DNA from: a virus | Virus record (IMG/VR): IMGVR_UViG_3300008107_000017 | Span: 64,001-128,000 of that record | DNA: 64,000 bases | Direction: 5' to 3' (one strand) | In this document: one piece after another, positions 37,283 to 47,891 of the stretch | Layout: each line of letters begins with the position of its first letter | How positions within the stretch are numbered: the first letter of the stretch is position 1 | Notes under the pieces: generated by a model | What the model was told of the DNA's origin: nothing | Seen by the model: the letters and a program-made list of their open reading frames with translations, nothing else | Database searches by the model: none | Position numbers and translations under genes: made by a program

Positions 37283-37624
37283 ATGTGTTGTAAAAATTGT
37301 AAATGTAAAGATCTAACTGCGTCCAGAATTATTGAGCAGATGGATGATACAAGAAAACCTTTCGTTGATACGAAAGTTGATAAGAACACAAGAATACGAA
37401 ATTTCCACCCACAATATGAAGACCACTTATTTAAGTGGCATTGGGATGATGAAGATCGTTGGATTGAAGCAACTGGCGAAAATGATTGGCAGTTTCAATT
37501 TGATGATGAGTTACCCCAATCATTGGAGCCAAATAAAATAATTATGATTCCAAAAGGAATTTATCATAGATTAATCAAAGGTTCAAATATCCTGACTATC
37601 AAAATATCAGCTGTTCCTAATTAA
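37283..37624 (+). CDS. Cupin-like protein
   Basis: WHWD.EDR...IPKGIYHRLIKG. Confidence 0.65.
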   Translation: MCCKNCKCKDLTASRIIEQMDDTRKPFVDTKVDKNTRIRNFHPQYEDHLFKWHWDDEDRWIEATGENDWQFQFDDELPQSLEPNKIIMIPKGIYHRLIKGSNILTIKISAVPN

Positions 37625-37678
37625 AAGTCTTTCTTAAACCATTTTCAATCCATGGGTATAATTAATATACATTGAAAC

Positions 37679-39703
37679 ATGGGCGAAATATATCCAGAAG
37701 ATAATACGGAAAGAGAACCTATTAAACAACAAAAGTTTAAGAGATCTTCTCTACAGGTTCTAGAGGCATACGGAACCAATATTACTAAGCTTGCCACAGA
37801 AGGTAAGTTAGATCCAGTTATTGGTAGAGAAGATGAAATTCTTAGAGTTATCCAAATACTTGGTAGACGTAGAAAAAATAACCCGGTCCTGGTTGGAGAA
37901 CCTGGTGTTGGTAAAACTGCAATTGTTGAAGGCTTGGCAATGAGAATGATTGAAGGTAATGTTCCTGCTTCTCTCCAAGGAAAAATCATTTATACATTAG
38001 AGTTAACAACTATAGTTGCTGGTACTAAATACCGTGGTCAGTTTGAAGAAAGAATGAAGGCCATCGTTGATGAATTAGTTGCTAATCCTCATGTAATTAT
38101 TTTCATAGATGAACTTCATACCCTCGTAGGGGCAGGTGGAACTTCAGGATCCTTGGATGCATCAAACATTATTAAACCGGCATTGGCTCGTGGAGAAATC
38201 CGCTGTATTGGTGCAACCACATTTGATGAGTTTAGAGAAAATATCGAAAAGGATGGTGCATTGGATCGTAGGTTTCAAAAGGTCGTTATAGAACCTGCAT
38301 CAACAGACGAAACGGTTACTATCTTAACTAATATTAAGCATAAATATGAATCATTTCATAATGTTTCATATTCAGAGGAAATCATTTCTTTAATTGTTAA
38401 ATTAGCCGACCAATATATCATGGAAAGATTTTTACCTGATAAAGCGGTGGATATTCTTGATGAAGTTGGTTCCTTTAAGCACTTAAATAATATGAAGATT
38501 CCTAAAAAGATTAAGAGTCTTGAGGAAAAACTTCATAAAAAAGAAGCAGATAAAAATGAAGCAGTAGGGCGGCAAGATTATGAAGCCGCGGCTCGTGAAA
38601 GAGATGTCTGTATACAACTTAAAGACCAGATTCAAAAAGAATACACAATCTGGAAAAAAGAAATCTCTGAAAGTAAACTTGAAATTACAACCGATGATGT
38701 TCTTAAGGTGGTTTCAAAAGGCACAGGAATTCCTTTAGAAAAAATTAATGATAAGGAAAATAAAAATCTGATTGGTCTTAATGATCATCTTTCTTCCAGA
38801 GTCATTGGACAAAAAGAAGCCATTGATAAAATTTCAATAACAATTCAAAGAAATCGCGTAGGTATTAGAAAGAGAGATCGTACCGTAGGTAACTTTATCT
38901 TTTTAGGACCAACTGGGGTTGGTAAAACTCAATTGGCAAAAGAGATCGCAAATTACATGTACGGTTCAGAAGACAGTCTTATTAGAGTAGATATGTCAGA
39001 GTATATGGAACCTCATTCTATCTCCAAGTTAATTGGATCCCCTCCTGGATATGTTGGACACGAGTCTGGTGGGTTTCTAACGGAGCAGGTAAAGAGAAAA
39101 CCACACTCTGTTATATTATTTGATGAAGTAGAAAAAGCTCATCCAGAAGTGTTTAATGTGCTCTTGCAAATGTTAGATGATGGGAGGCTTACCGATTCTC
39201 TTGGTAGGACTATTGATTTTAGAAACTGTTTAGTTATCTTAACATCAAATACAGGAAGTAGAAAACTTGAAGAGTTTGGTGAAGGCATTGGTTTTAGACC
39301 ATCTACGACTATTGCTGAAAAGTCTCATGCTGAAAAGGAAGTTTTAAAGAAAGCACTTAATCATAAATTTTCGCCAGAGTTCTTAAATCGTATAGATGAA
39401 ATCATTATCTTTAATAAGTTAAGTAAGGAAGATGTATTTTACATTCTAAATAATGAATGTAATGATCTTAAAGATAACCTATTTGAAGTAGGTGAATATG
39501 ATTTTAAGATAAGTAAAGCAGCCAAGGAGATCATTATCAATGAAGGATACGATCCTAAGTTTGGAGCCCGTCCACTGAAAAGAACCTTAGAAAGACTGAT
39601 TGAAAATCCTATTGCAGAAATGATTCTAAAAGGAGAATTAAAACCTGGAGATACTATCAAGGCTGGAGTCTCCAAAGAATCAATAAAGATTGAAAAGGGT
39701 TAA
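37679..39703 (+). CDS. ClpC/ClpB-family AAA+ ATPase lacking the Clp-N domain
   Basis: LDPVIGR, GEPGVGKT, FIDELH, GATT, UVR-like coil, GPTGVGKT, GSPPGYVG, FDEVEKAH, FGARPL. Confidence 0.95.
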   Translation: MGEIYPEDNTEREPIKQQKFKRSSLQVLEAYGTNITKLATEGKLDPVIGREDEILRVIQILGRRRKNNPVLVGEPGVGKTAIVEGLAMRMIEGNVPASLQGKIIYTLELTTIVAGTKYRGQFEERMKAIVDELVANPHVIIFIDELHTLVGAGGTSGSLDASNIIKPALARGEIRCIGATTFDEFRENIEKDGALDRRFQKVVIEPASTDETVTILTNIKHKYESFHNVSYSEEIISLIVKLADQYIMERFLPDKAVDILDEVGSFKHLNNMKIPKKIKSLEEKLHKKEADKNEAVGRQDYEAAARERDVCIQLKDQIQKEYTIWKKEISESKLEITTDDVLKVVSKGTGIPLEKINDKENKNLIGLNDHLSSRVIGQKEAIDKISITIQRNRVGIRKRDRTVGNFIFLGPTGVGKTQLAKEIANYMYGSEDSLIRVDMSEYMEPHSISKLIGSPPGYVGHESGGFLTEQVKRKPHSVILFDEVEKAHPEVFNVLLQMLDDGRLTDSLGRTIDFRNCLVILTSNTGSRKLEEFGEGIGFRPSTTIAEKSHAEKEVLKKALNHKFSPEFLNRIDEIIIFNKLSKEDVFYILNNECNDLKDNLFEVGEYDFKISKAAKEIIINEGYDPKFGARPLKRTLERLIENPIAEMILKGELKPGDTIKAGVSKESIKIEKG

Positions 39704-39756
39704 ACCTTTTGCTTATTTTGCATATAAAAATAAATGACAATTTTACCTTTTAATTA

Positions 39757-40809
39757 ATGAATCCTACTTACCTTACTTACGATGACATTCAACTTGTACC
39801 AAAGTTTTCAAACATTAGGTCAAGAAATCAAATATCATTAAGAACCAAACTAAGTAAAAGATATGACCTACTTATTCCTATTGTAGCATCACCTATGGAT
39901 ACTGTTTGTGAAGTTGATATGGCGGTGAAAATGTTTCGTATGGGTGGCGTTGGATGTATTCATCGCTTTAACTCCATAGATGAACAAGTTATGATGGTTA
40001 GAAAAACTGTTTATCAATGTTTTGGGGAAAATGGTGAAGGGCACTTAATGACAGATTGGGACAATGAAGATAATATCCCAATCATGGCTGCAATTGGTGT
40101 TAGCGAAAATGATAAGGAAAGAGCCTTAAAACTTACTGATGCAGGAGCAAACGTATTACTTATTGATGTTGCTCATGGAGATCATCAGAATGTAATTGAT
40201 ATGATTAAGTGGTGTAAAGCTAACTTACATTATAGTATTGATATTATTGCAGGTAACATCGCAACAGTTGAAGCCGCTGAAAGACTACAAGATGCTGGTG
40301 CAGATGGGTTAAGAGTAGGTATTGGTGGAGGGTCACTTTGCACTACAAGAATTAAGACAGGGTTTGGAATTCCTAATGTAACCTGCATTGAAGATATCGC
40401 AGCAGTTTCATCGGTACCAATTATGGCAGATGGAGGTATTCGTGAGAGCGGTGATATTGCAAAAGCATTGGCCGTAGGTGCAGATAATGTTATGCTAGGA
40501 TCTCTTATTGCCGGTACTGATGAATCACCTGGTAATATTATTGAAAGCAGAAAAGGATTGTATAAAAGATATAGAGGATCTGCATCATTGGAAACAAAAT
40601 CGGCACACGGCCAAGAACAAAGAAATGTTGAAGGTGAATCAACAGTTATTCCTTATAAAGGTGGTGTTAAGTTTATTGTTAAGGGATTACTTGAAGGTAT
40701 TCGTTCTGCCTTTTCATATGCAGGTGCTGATTCAATTAAAACATACCACCCAGATTATGTTGTTGTAACTAACTCTGGTATTAACGAAGCAAAACCACAT
40801 CTATTATGA
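39757..40809 (+). CDS. IMP dehydrogenase / GMP reductase family, no CBS domain
   Basis: ASPMDTV, IDVAHG, GIGGGSLCTTR, ADGGIR. Confidence 0.9.
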   Translation: MNPTYLTYDDIQLVPKFSNIRSRNQISLRTKLSKRYDLLIPIVASPMDTVCEVDMAVKMFRMGGVGCIHRFNSIDEQVMMVRKTVYQCFGENGEGHLMTDWDNEDNIPIMAAIGVSENDKERALKLTDAGANVLLIDVAHGDHQNVIDMIKWCKANLHYSIDIIAGNIATVEAAERLQDAGADGLRVGIGGGSLCTTRIKTGFGIPNVTCIEDIAAVSSVPIMADGGIRESGDIAKALAVGADNVMLGSLIAGTDESPGNIIESRKGLYKRYRGSASLETKSAHGQEQRNVEGESTVIPYKGGVKFIVKGLLEGIRSAFSYAGADSIKTYHPDYVVVTNSGINEAKPHLL

Positions 40810-41087
40810 ATTTAATTCAACGTATTACTTCAACTAAAGAAAATACTCTAAGTATTAATCTTGATGATCAATTTATTGCTGTTCATCACTTAGGATTATA
40901 TGAAGACCAAAGATGGTACTCATGGTCAAGCTGGGGTCCAACTGAAGGACTTATTCCAGATTATGATAGTCACATTGTAACAGAAAAAGAAATCATAGAA
41001 AGAATTGAATTACTCTTAGGTGATGACGAACCAGATTCTGTACAAAAACATGCAATTAATGTATTTTTTGGAAAGTCTATTTTATGA
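40806..41087 (+). CDS. Hypothetical protein
   Basis: ATGA overlap. Confidence 0.65.
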   Translation: MNLIQRITSTKENTLSINLDDQFIAVHHLGLYEDQRWYSWSSWGPTEGLIPDYDSHIVTEKEIIERIELLLGDDEPDSVQKHAINVFFGKSIL

Positions 41088-41314
41088 GTAGCTTTAAAGA
41101 AAAATTAGATGCATTTCATTATCATGAAGCATTAGATAGATCCGCCATGATATGTGATATGATAGATACCTTTTTAATACATCACCCTGTGACTAAGGCA
41201 GAAAAAGAATTTGCAGAAAAATTAGAAGAAGCAAATATGAAATTATATGAAGCATACCAAATAATTGGAAGTATTTGCCACAATAAAGAAAACAGATATG
41301 AAAACAAACCCTAG
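41084..41314 (+). CDS. Hypothetical protein
   Basis: ATGA overlap; FHYHEALDR motif. Confidence 0.65.
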   Translation: MSSFKEKLDAFHYHEALDRSAMICDMIDTFLIHHPVTKAEKEFAEKLEEANMKLYEAYQIIGSICHNKENRYENKP

Positions 41315-43166
41315 ACCTAATAAGATTACTAAAATGACAGAGGAAGAATTTTTAGCAGCTGCAATGAAAACCCCAAGAGATCCAATGAAACCTGGTATTG
41401 CATTAGGTTTTTCCGTTGGGCATGATAAAGGAGCAGTACTTATCATCAATGGAAGTATTTCGGTTGGTATCTCCGAGGAAAGATTATCACGACTTAAACA
41501 TGATAAGCCTTGGGATCATTCAATTCCGTTGGCATCAATTAATTACTGTCTTGATTATGCAGGACTAAGCTACGACGATGTTGATATGTATGCATATAAC
41601 ACAGCCGAGGTTGGAGCACAACCTATTGCAGACATTGAAAATGAATTTCAATACTTATTAAGACAGCCATTAAGTAAACTAAAATTCTTAAATCATCATG
41701 AAGCTCATGCATATTCAACTTTCTTTAGTTCAGGATTGGATGAAGCTGCAGTGGTTGTTGCTGATGCAAACGGAAATGGAATTATACCAGGTACACCTGC
41801 ATATGAAGGGTTTGTAAAAAATAACCCAGAGTATTTAAGTAATGCTCCTAAAGATAGATTTTGGGCAGAAGGAACTTCTATATATCATTTTACCTTAAAT
41901 GGGTTTAAGGAATTAGAAAAAGACTTTGTTCTTCAGCCACATCCACCACTTAATGACTTTAAGAATAAAGAAAGATTTAATATTGGCCATGTTTATGCAT
42001 ATGCCACTATGAAACTTGTTTATAAGTACAATGAAAAAGATCCTAATAATAACTGGCCTGCATCAAGTGCAGGAAAGCTAATGGGATTGGCTTCATTTGG
42101 TAATAAAGACTGGGTTGAAACTCAACCATACTTATGTAAATATGATGATCTTAATCATACATTTACCAACGAGGCCGGTGAAATCTATAAAGTATATCCT
42201 GGAGTAAGTACAGATTCAAATTTTGCAGAAAAAGCAAATATTGCAGCAGTATTTCAACGTGAACAGGAAAGGATGTGTTTAACTGTTGCAAAAAGAGCCA
42301 AAAAATTATCAGGATCAAAAAACATCTGCCTGTCTGGTGGCTCATTCCTAAACTGTAATTCAAATGAACTTATCATTAACAGTGGAGAATTTGATAATTG
42401 TTATTTTGTACCACCTGCTGATGATAGCGGTATTCCATTAGGATGCGCATGGTATGCATATCAACAGGTTATGGAGATAACAAACAACTATTTTCTTTCC
42501 CCTTATTTAGGAAAGACATATACCCAACTTGAAATAGAAAGAGACTTCCAAAGGTTTGTTAAAGAAGATCATACTAGAATTAATCATTTTACTGTTTTTG
42601 ATCATACTGATGAAAATGTATTAATTACTCATATCACAGATTTATTAAATGCTAATAAAGTAATTGGTATGCACAGAGAAGGATCTGAAATTGGCCCTCG
42701 TGCATTAGGTAATCGTTCTATTTTGGCATCTCCAATTAAACCTTGGATGCAGAATTATGTAAATATGCATATTAAGAGCAGGGAATGGTTTAGACCTTTT
42801 GCACCATCTGTTTTAGCAGAAAGAGTATCTTCTATATTTGATATAACTGCATTCTCTCCCTACATGTTAGTCACCTGTAATGTTAAAGAAGAGTGGAGGG
42901 AAAAGATTCCTGCTGTAGTTCATATTGATAATACTTCAAGAATACAAGCAGTAAGAGAAGACATTAATCCTTTCTATCATAAGCTTATAACTAAATTTGA
43001 AGAGTGGACTGGAGTCCCTGTGATTCTGAATACATCATTTAATGGTGCACATGAACCTGTGGTTGAAACACCATACGATGCGTTAAAAACTTTTTGGACA
43101 TGTAATCTTGATGCTGTATGTATTGGTAATAAATTAATAATTAGAAATTCATACTTTAATAGGTAA
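41298..43166 (+). CDS. O-carbamoyltransferase (NodU/CmcH/TobZ family)
   Basis: HD..A, EERLSR.KH, HH.AHA, GKLMGLA, SGGSFLNC, GPRALGNRS, FRPFAP, LNTSFN. Confidence 0.95.
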   Translation: MKTNPRPNKITKMTEEEFLAAAMKTPRDPMKPGIALGFSVGHDKGAVLIINGSISVGISEERLSRLKHDKPWDHSIPLASINYCLDYAGLSYDDVDMYAYNTAEVGAQPIADIENEFQYLLRQPLSKLKFLNHHEAHAYSTFFSSGLDEAAVVVADANGNGIIPGTPAYEGFVKNNPEYLSNAPKDRFWAEGTSIYHFTLNGFKELEKDFVLQPHPPLNDFKNKERFNIGHVYAYATMKLVYKYNEKDPNNNWPASSAGKLMGLASFGNKDWVETQPYLCKYDDLNHTFTNEAGEIYKVYPGVSTDSNFAEKANIAAVFQREQERMCLTVAKRAKKLSGSKNICLSGGSFLNCNSNELIINSGEFDNCYFVPPADDSGIPLGCAWYAYQQVMEITNNYFLSPYLGKTYTQLEIERDFQRFVKEDHTRINHFTVFDHTDENVLITHITDLLNANKVIGMHREGSEIGPRALGNRSILASPIKPWMQNYVNMHIKSREWFRPFAPSVLAERVSSIFDITAFSPYMLVTCNVKEEWREKIPAVVHIDNTSRIQAVREDINPFYHKLITKFEEWTGVPVILNTSFNGAHEPVVETPYDALKTFWTCNLDAVCIGNKLIIRNSYFNR

Positions 43167-43357
43167 TGAAAAGATTTGTTGAATTCACTCTTATCTGGAT
43201 AAGTCAAAACATGGCCATACCGTTTTGGATGGTTGGTCACATTCACCTTATGACATCCATTTATGAAGACATTCATGAAATCATTATGAGCATAGGTATG
43301 AATATTATTGTAGGTATAGGATTTTACTTAGATTGGAAAAAGAACAAAAATGAATAA
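43166..43357 (+). CDS. Small membrane protein
   Basis: Two hydrophobic segments; TAATG overlap. Confidence 0.6.
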   Translation: MKRFVEFTLIWISQNMAIPFWMVGHIHLMTSIYEDIHEIIMSIGMNIIVGIGFYLDWKKNKNE

Positions 43358-44468
43358 TTTAGATAAACAATATCAGGATCTTCTTAAAACGATTTTGGAA
43401 CATGGTGTTACAAAAGAAGACCGGACCGGCGTAGGAACCAAGTCAATTTTTGGTTATACTATTCGTCATAATATGGCGGATGGGTTTCCTCTTTTAACTA
43501 CAAAGAAAATGTATTGGAAAGGAATTGTAACTGAGCTCATCTGGTTTCTTCGTGGTGATACTAATATTAAGTTCTTAATTGATAATGACTGTAATATTTG
43601 GAACGGCGATGCATATAAAGGATATGAAAAGGAATGTATTGCACATGGCGTAGATCCAATGTCGATGGAACAATTTATCCAAGGAATTAAGAACTATAAA
43701 GATGATCGAGATTGGATTGAGAAGATTAAAAATCCCGCTACTCATTTTATTCCAGATTTAACAGGTTACCAACTCGGAGATTTAGGTCCAGTTTATGGTA
43801 AACAATGGAGACAATGGCAAGGTTGGATGAAATATAAAAATGATGATGGTAAAACTGGACATGGTTCCCTTTGGTATGATCAGATTCGTCGTCTTCTTAA
43901 TGATCTTGAACGTAATCCAGATTCTAGACGATTAATGGTTAACTCATGGAATGTTGCAGAAATTGATCAAATGGTTCTTCCACCTTGTCATTATGGGTTT
44001 CAAGTTTATACAAGACCAACTACACGTGAAGAAAAGATTGTTAATCCTGGAAAATACAGAGCAATCTCTCTTATGTGGAATCAACGTTCAGTAGATACAT
44101 TCTTAGGTTTACCGTTTAATATTGCTTCTTATGGTCTTTTATTAGAGATCATTGCAAAATTAATGAACATGGTACCTGACCAATTAATAGGCAATCTTGG
44201 AGATACACATCTCTATCTAAATCATATTGAAGCAGCAGAAAAACAAATCACCAGAGAATCATTTGAATTACCTAAACTAAATATTAACACGGAATGGTGG
44301 CCTACTGTTGGCGGTGAATGTGGGGAAGGCCCAATTAGTTGGCAATCATTCATGGATGGATTAAATAAATTCAACAGTAATTCATTCTGTAAGTGTCTTA
44401 TTGAAGAAGATATTCAACTAGGTAAATATGAATCGCAGCCTGGTATTAAGGCACCGTTAAATAATTAA
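43350..44468 (+). CDS. thyA: Thymidylate synthase (canonical)
   Basis: DRTGVGT, FPLLTTKK, GPVYGKQWR, LPPCH, QRSVDTFLGLPFNIASY. Confidence 0.97.
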   Translation: MNNLDKQYQDLLKTILEHGVTKEDRTGVGTKSIFGYTIRHNMADGFPLLTTKKMYWKGIVTELIWFLRGDTNIKFLIDNDCNIWNGDAYKGYEKECIAHGVDPMSMEQFIQGIKNYKDDRDWIEKIKNPATHFIPDLTGYQLGDLGPVYGKQWRQWQGWMKYKNDDGKTGHGSLWYDQIRRLLNDLERNPDSRRLMVNSWNVAEIDQMVLPPCHYGFQVYTRPTTREEKIVNPGKYRAISLMWNQRSVDTFLGLPFNIASYGLLLEIIAKLMNMVPDQLIGNLGDTHLYLNHIEAAEKQITRESFELPKLNINTEWWPTVGGECGEGPISWQSFMDGLNKFNSNSFCKCLIEEDIQLGKYESQPGIKAPLNN

Positions 44469-44469
44469 T

Positions 44470-45447
44470 ATGACCCAAAATACATTAGGCATACATACCG
44501 TTTATACTCCAACTAATAGGCGAGGTACTACTAAGATTCATGATATGATGAGATTTGAATCAATTACAATGATTCTATCTTGTCTTTATTGGAAAAAGTT
44601 TCAAGGACCTATAAAGTTATATTGTGACAGTAATTTTTATGACTACATAAAGAAGTTAGGATTACTTGGTCTGTGGGATGAAATTGATACAAAGACAGTC
44701 ACTGAAGGTTTTGCAAAAGATATAAATCATGATACCTTCTGGGCATATGCAAAAATGTATGTTAACTCATTGCAGAAAACTCCATTTGTTAGTGTTGATC
44801 TTGACCTGTTTCAAAATGAACCGTATGATTACACAACCCATGATATTATATGCTCTCATATTGAACATTCTGATTTTATAAATGATAATGTACAAAATCG
44901 AACCACACCTGTCTATTATCCTAACTATTTTAATTGGGATATGTTTAAGGATAGGTTTGTAAAGTATCCTGATTTAAGATTCTTAAATCATTCATTGAAT
45001 GTGGCAGTACTTGCTGTTAATAAACCTGAATTTTGTAAAGAAGTTTTTGATATTGCAACTTCATTTGCTAGGAATAATAACTTTGATCCACAGAATGTTA
45101 GTACACATGGTTTTGAAAGATATGCATATACGATTCATTCATCTTCATTAATAACATTTATTGAACAAAGGGTTGCTGCAGCTGTTGCAAATACTAGAGG
45201 TTATTCCGTAAAGTCCATAATGGATTTAGAATATGACGCAGGCTTGCAAGGATGGATTGGTGATTCATCAAAAATGAAAAATCCTGGTATTACTCATCTT
45301 TGGGGATGGAAGGCTACTATGAAGCTTCCAGAAAACGAAAAAAGCAGAATCGATTTAACGAAAGAATTAGACGCGCAGTTTGCTGAAAATTTTCCAAAAG
45401 AATATGAAAGATATATGCCAACTATTCTAAAATATTGTAATGAATAA
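44470..45447 (+). CDS. Putative glycosyltransferase-like protein
   Basis: FWAYAK...PFVSVDLD DxD motif, THLWG. Confidence 0.55.
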   Translation: MTQNTLGIHTVYTPTNRRGTTKIHDMMRFESITMILSCLYWKKFQGPIKLYCDSNFYDYIKKLGLLGLWDEIDTKTVTEGFAKDINHDTFWAYAKMYVNSLQKTPFVSVDLDLFQNEPYDYTTHDIICSHIEHSDFINDNVQNRTTPVYYPNYFNWDMFKDRFVKYPDLRFLNHSLNVAVLAVNKPEFCKEVFDIATSFARNNNFDPQNVSTHGFERYAYTIHSSSLITFIEQRVAAAVANTRGYSVKSIMDLEYDAGLQGWIGDSSKMKNPGITHLWGWKATMKLPENEKSRIDLTKELDAQFAENFPKEYERYMPTILKYCNE

Positions 45448-45485
45448 ACAAATTAGAAAAACTACATATAAAAATAAAATAAAGT

Positions 45486-46466
45486 ATGCATTCGTGTTCA
45501 ATTGAAAAGGTAAAGTTTTATTTAGATGAAAATGAATACATTTCGTATGAATCTTACCTCTTAAGAGGATGGATTTTTGGTGAAGAAACAAAAATTGATG
45601 ATTTAAGATTGGTATCATTAGATAGAAAAACTGTTTATGACGCCTCTATCAAATATCCTATCTTAAGATCAGATGTCGGTTCTGTGTATTCGGACTTTAC
45701 TCCTAACTCAAGTAATTCAGGTTTTAGTATAACATTTAAATCTGATATAGAAGGAGAGGTTATTCTTGAGGCAAAGATTAAAGGTAAATGGGTATTAGTT
45801 GAAAAAATACCTATTGCAGATTATCGGATCGTAACTAAAGGACCTTTAACTAAAGTAAATGATAATGCTCACCCTGCTATAGTTGCAATAGATAACTTTT
45901 ATGAAAATCCTGATATCATTCGTGAGTTGGCGTTAACTCTTGATTTTAATCCTAGTGGTTATCATAAAGGAAAGAGAACAGAATTAAAATACATAGTAGA
46001 AGGCACTCGTGAAAAAATAGAACAAGTTTTAGGAAAGAAGATTCGTAATTGGACAAGCCAACCTCATAATGGTGTATTTCAATATTGCACCCCAACCGAT
46101 CCTATTGTTTATCATTATGACTCACAAAGATTTGCAGGTGTAGTTTTCTTAACACCTGATGCACCACCTGAAGCAGGTACATCTTTTTATCGCCACAGAA
46201 AAGAAACTTGGTTGGATAAGAATCCTGCAAAATATGGTGGGTGGAAGAGCGAAGAAGAAATGAGAGACTTCGATAAAAGAGTTGTAGGTGGAGAACATGA
46301 TGACTTTTTAGATCCTTCTAAATGGGAAGAAATTGATAGAATCGGTAATAAGTACAATCGATTTGCTATGTGGGATGCAAGCCTAATACATGCAGCCACA
46401 TCATACTTTGGAAAATCAAAAGAATCAGGAAGACTATTTCATATGTTCTTCTTTGACGCATATTAA
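45486..46466 (+). CDS. 2OG-Fe(II) oxygenase-like protein with extra N-terminal domain
   Basis: IDNFYENPD, HYD, GTSFY, H.A..YFG...R. Confidence 0.7.
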   Translation: MHSCSIEKVKFYLDENEYISYESYLLRGWIFGEETKIDDLRLVSLDRKTVYDASIKYPILRSDVGSVYSDFTPNSSNSGFSITFKSDIEGEVILEAKIKGKWVLVEKIPIADYRIVTKGPLTKVNDNAHPAIVAIDNFYENPDIIRELALTLDFNPSGYHKGKRTELKYIVEGTREKIEQVLGKKIRNWTSQPHNGVFQYCTPTDPIVYHYDSQRFAGVVFLTPDAPPEAGTSFYRHRKETWLDKNPAKYGGWKSEEEMRDFDKRVVGGEHDDFLDPSKWEEIDRIGNKYNRFAMWDASLIHAATSYFGKSKESGRLFHMFFFDAY

Positions 46467-46478
46467 TAAAATAAATTT

Positions 46479-47738
46479 ATGAAATTTAGTATAATAACAC
46501 CTACACACAGACCTACTTTTATTAAAGAGCTGTATGATTCAATAAAAGAGCAGACCTATAAAGATTGGGAGTGGATTCTTTATCTTAATGGTTCTGTTTC
46601 TAAATCTGATTTACCTGAAGAAATTACTTCTGATGGTAAAGTAAAAATCTACATTGATAAGAAATGTGACCTTAGTCCTAATGTAGGTTATCAAAAGAAT
46701 AAAGCATTTCATTTAGGTACAGGCGATGTATTAGTTGAAGTTGATCATGACGATATTCTATTACCTAATTGCCTAGATGAATTGGCCAAAGCATATAAAG
46801 AAAATCCTGATGTAGGATTTGTTTATAGCGATGATGCAATCTTAGGAGATAACACTATTCCCTTTAATCAGGCAATGGGTTGGACTTACCGTGAATTTGA
46901 TTGGAAGGGTAAAAAGTTAATTGCACATGATGGGTTCCCCGCGGACGGCGGTGCAATATCAATGATCTTTTTTGCACCAGATCATGTAAGAACATGGAAA
47001 GCCGATGTTTATCGTCAGATCGGCGGCCATGATGTAAATCTTTCTATTCTTGATGACCAGGACTTAATGATTAGAACATACCTAGTTACTAAGTTTAAAC
47101 ATATCCCAAAGGTTCTCTACATCTATAGGGTTCATGGAGATAATACTTGGTTAGAAAGAAATAAAGCTATCCAAGATGGTACCTGGCAAATGTTTAATCA
47201 ATGGCAACAAAGATTAGCAGAAAGAGATGCCGATCTAAAAGGACTTAGAAAAATTGATATTGGCGGCGGTCTTTATCCTCGTCCAGGTTATGAATCTGTT
47301 GATATTACAAACGGTGACATTACGGCTGACTTAAATAAAAAATGGCCATTTAAAGATGGTGAGATTGGGGTAATTAATGCGTCCCATGTAATTGAACATC
47401 TTGTAGACAAGCATCATACAATGTCAGAAATTCATAGAGTACTTGCTGATGGTGCATGGGCATTTATTGAGGTACCTTCAACTGATGGCCGAGGTGCATG
47501 GCAGGATCCTACACATGTTAGTTATTGGAATCAAAATAGTTTTTGGTATTACACAAGACAGCAACAAATGGACTATATCTATAATAAAGATATAAAGTTT
47601 CAAGCTAGGGATTTGCAAACTGCATATCCTACTCAATTTTTTGCAGATAATAACATTTATGTAACGAGAGCCTGGTTAAGAGCAATTAAGAGTTCAAATA
47701 GAAAGAACTATCCAGGCGAACTATTATGTGACTTATGA
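46479..47738 (+). CDS. GT2 glycosyltransferase fused to a SAM methyltransferase-like domain
   Basis: FSIITPT, VDHDD; IDIGGG, SHVIEH, QDPTH. Confidence 0.88.
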   Translation: MKFSIITPTHRPTFIKELYDSIKEQTYKDWEWILYLNGSVSKSDLPEEITSDGKVKIYIDKKCDLSPNVGYQKNKAFHLGTGDVLVEVDHDDILLPNCLDELAKAYKENPDVGFVYSDDAILGDNTIPFNQAMGWTYREFDWKGKKLIAHDGFPADGGAISMIFFAPDHVRTWKADVYRQIGGHDVNLSILDDQDLMIRTYLVTKFKHIPKVLYIYRVHGDNTWLERNKAIQDGTWQMFNQWQQRLAERDADLKGLRKIDIGGGLYPRPGYESVDITNGDITADLNKKWPFKDGEIGVINASHVIEHLVDKHHTMSEIHRVLADGAWAFIEVPSTDGRGAWQDPTHVSYWNQNSFWYYTRQQQMDYIYNKDIKFQARDLQTAYPTQFFADNNIYVTRAWLRAIKSSNRKNYPGELLCDL

Positions 47739-47842
47739 AAAAAGGAGGCTTCTTAGGAATATCCTGGGTGGGTTGGTTTTGGATTGCGGCATTTATAACC
47801 GGCATATCTTTTTGGGTTTGGGTAATAAGATTGTTTATCTAA
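47735..47842 (+). CDS. 35-aa Trp-rich membrane peptide (not in the ORF track)
   Basis: MKKGGFLGISWVGWFWIAAFITGISFWVWVIRLFI*; ATGA overlap. Confidence 0.6.
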   Translation: MKKGGFLGISWVGWFWIAAFITGISFWVWVIRLFI

Positions 47843-47891
47843 AACTTTCAGATATGCCAAACCTTGTTTATATTTAATTAAACAAAGAGTA

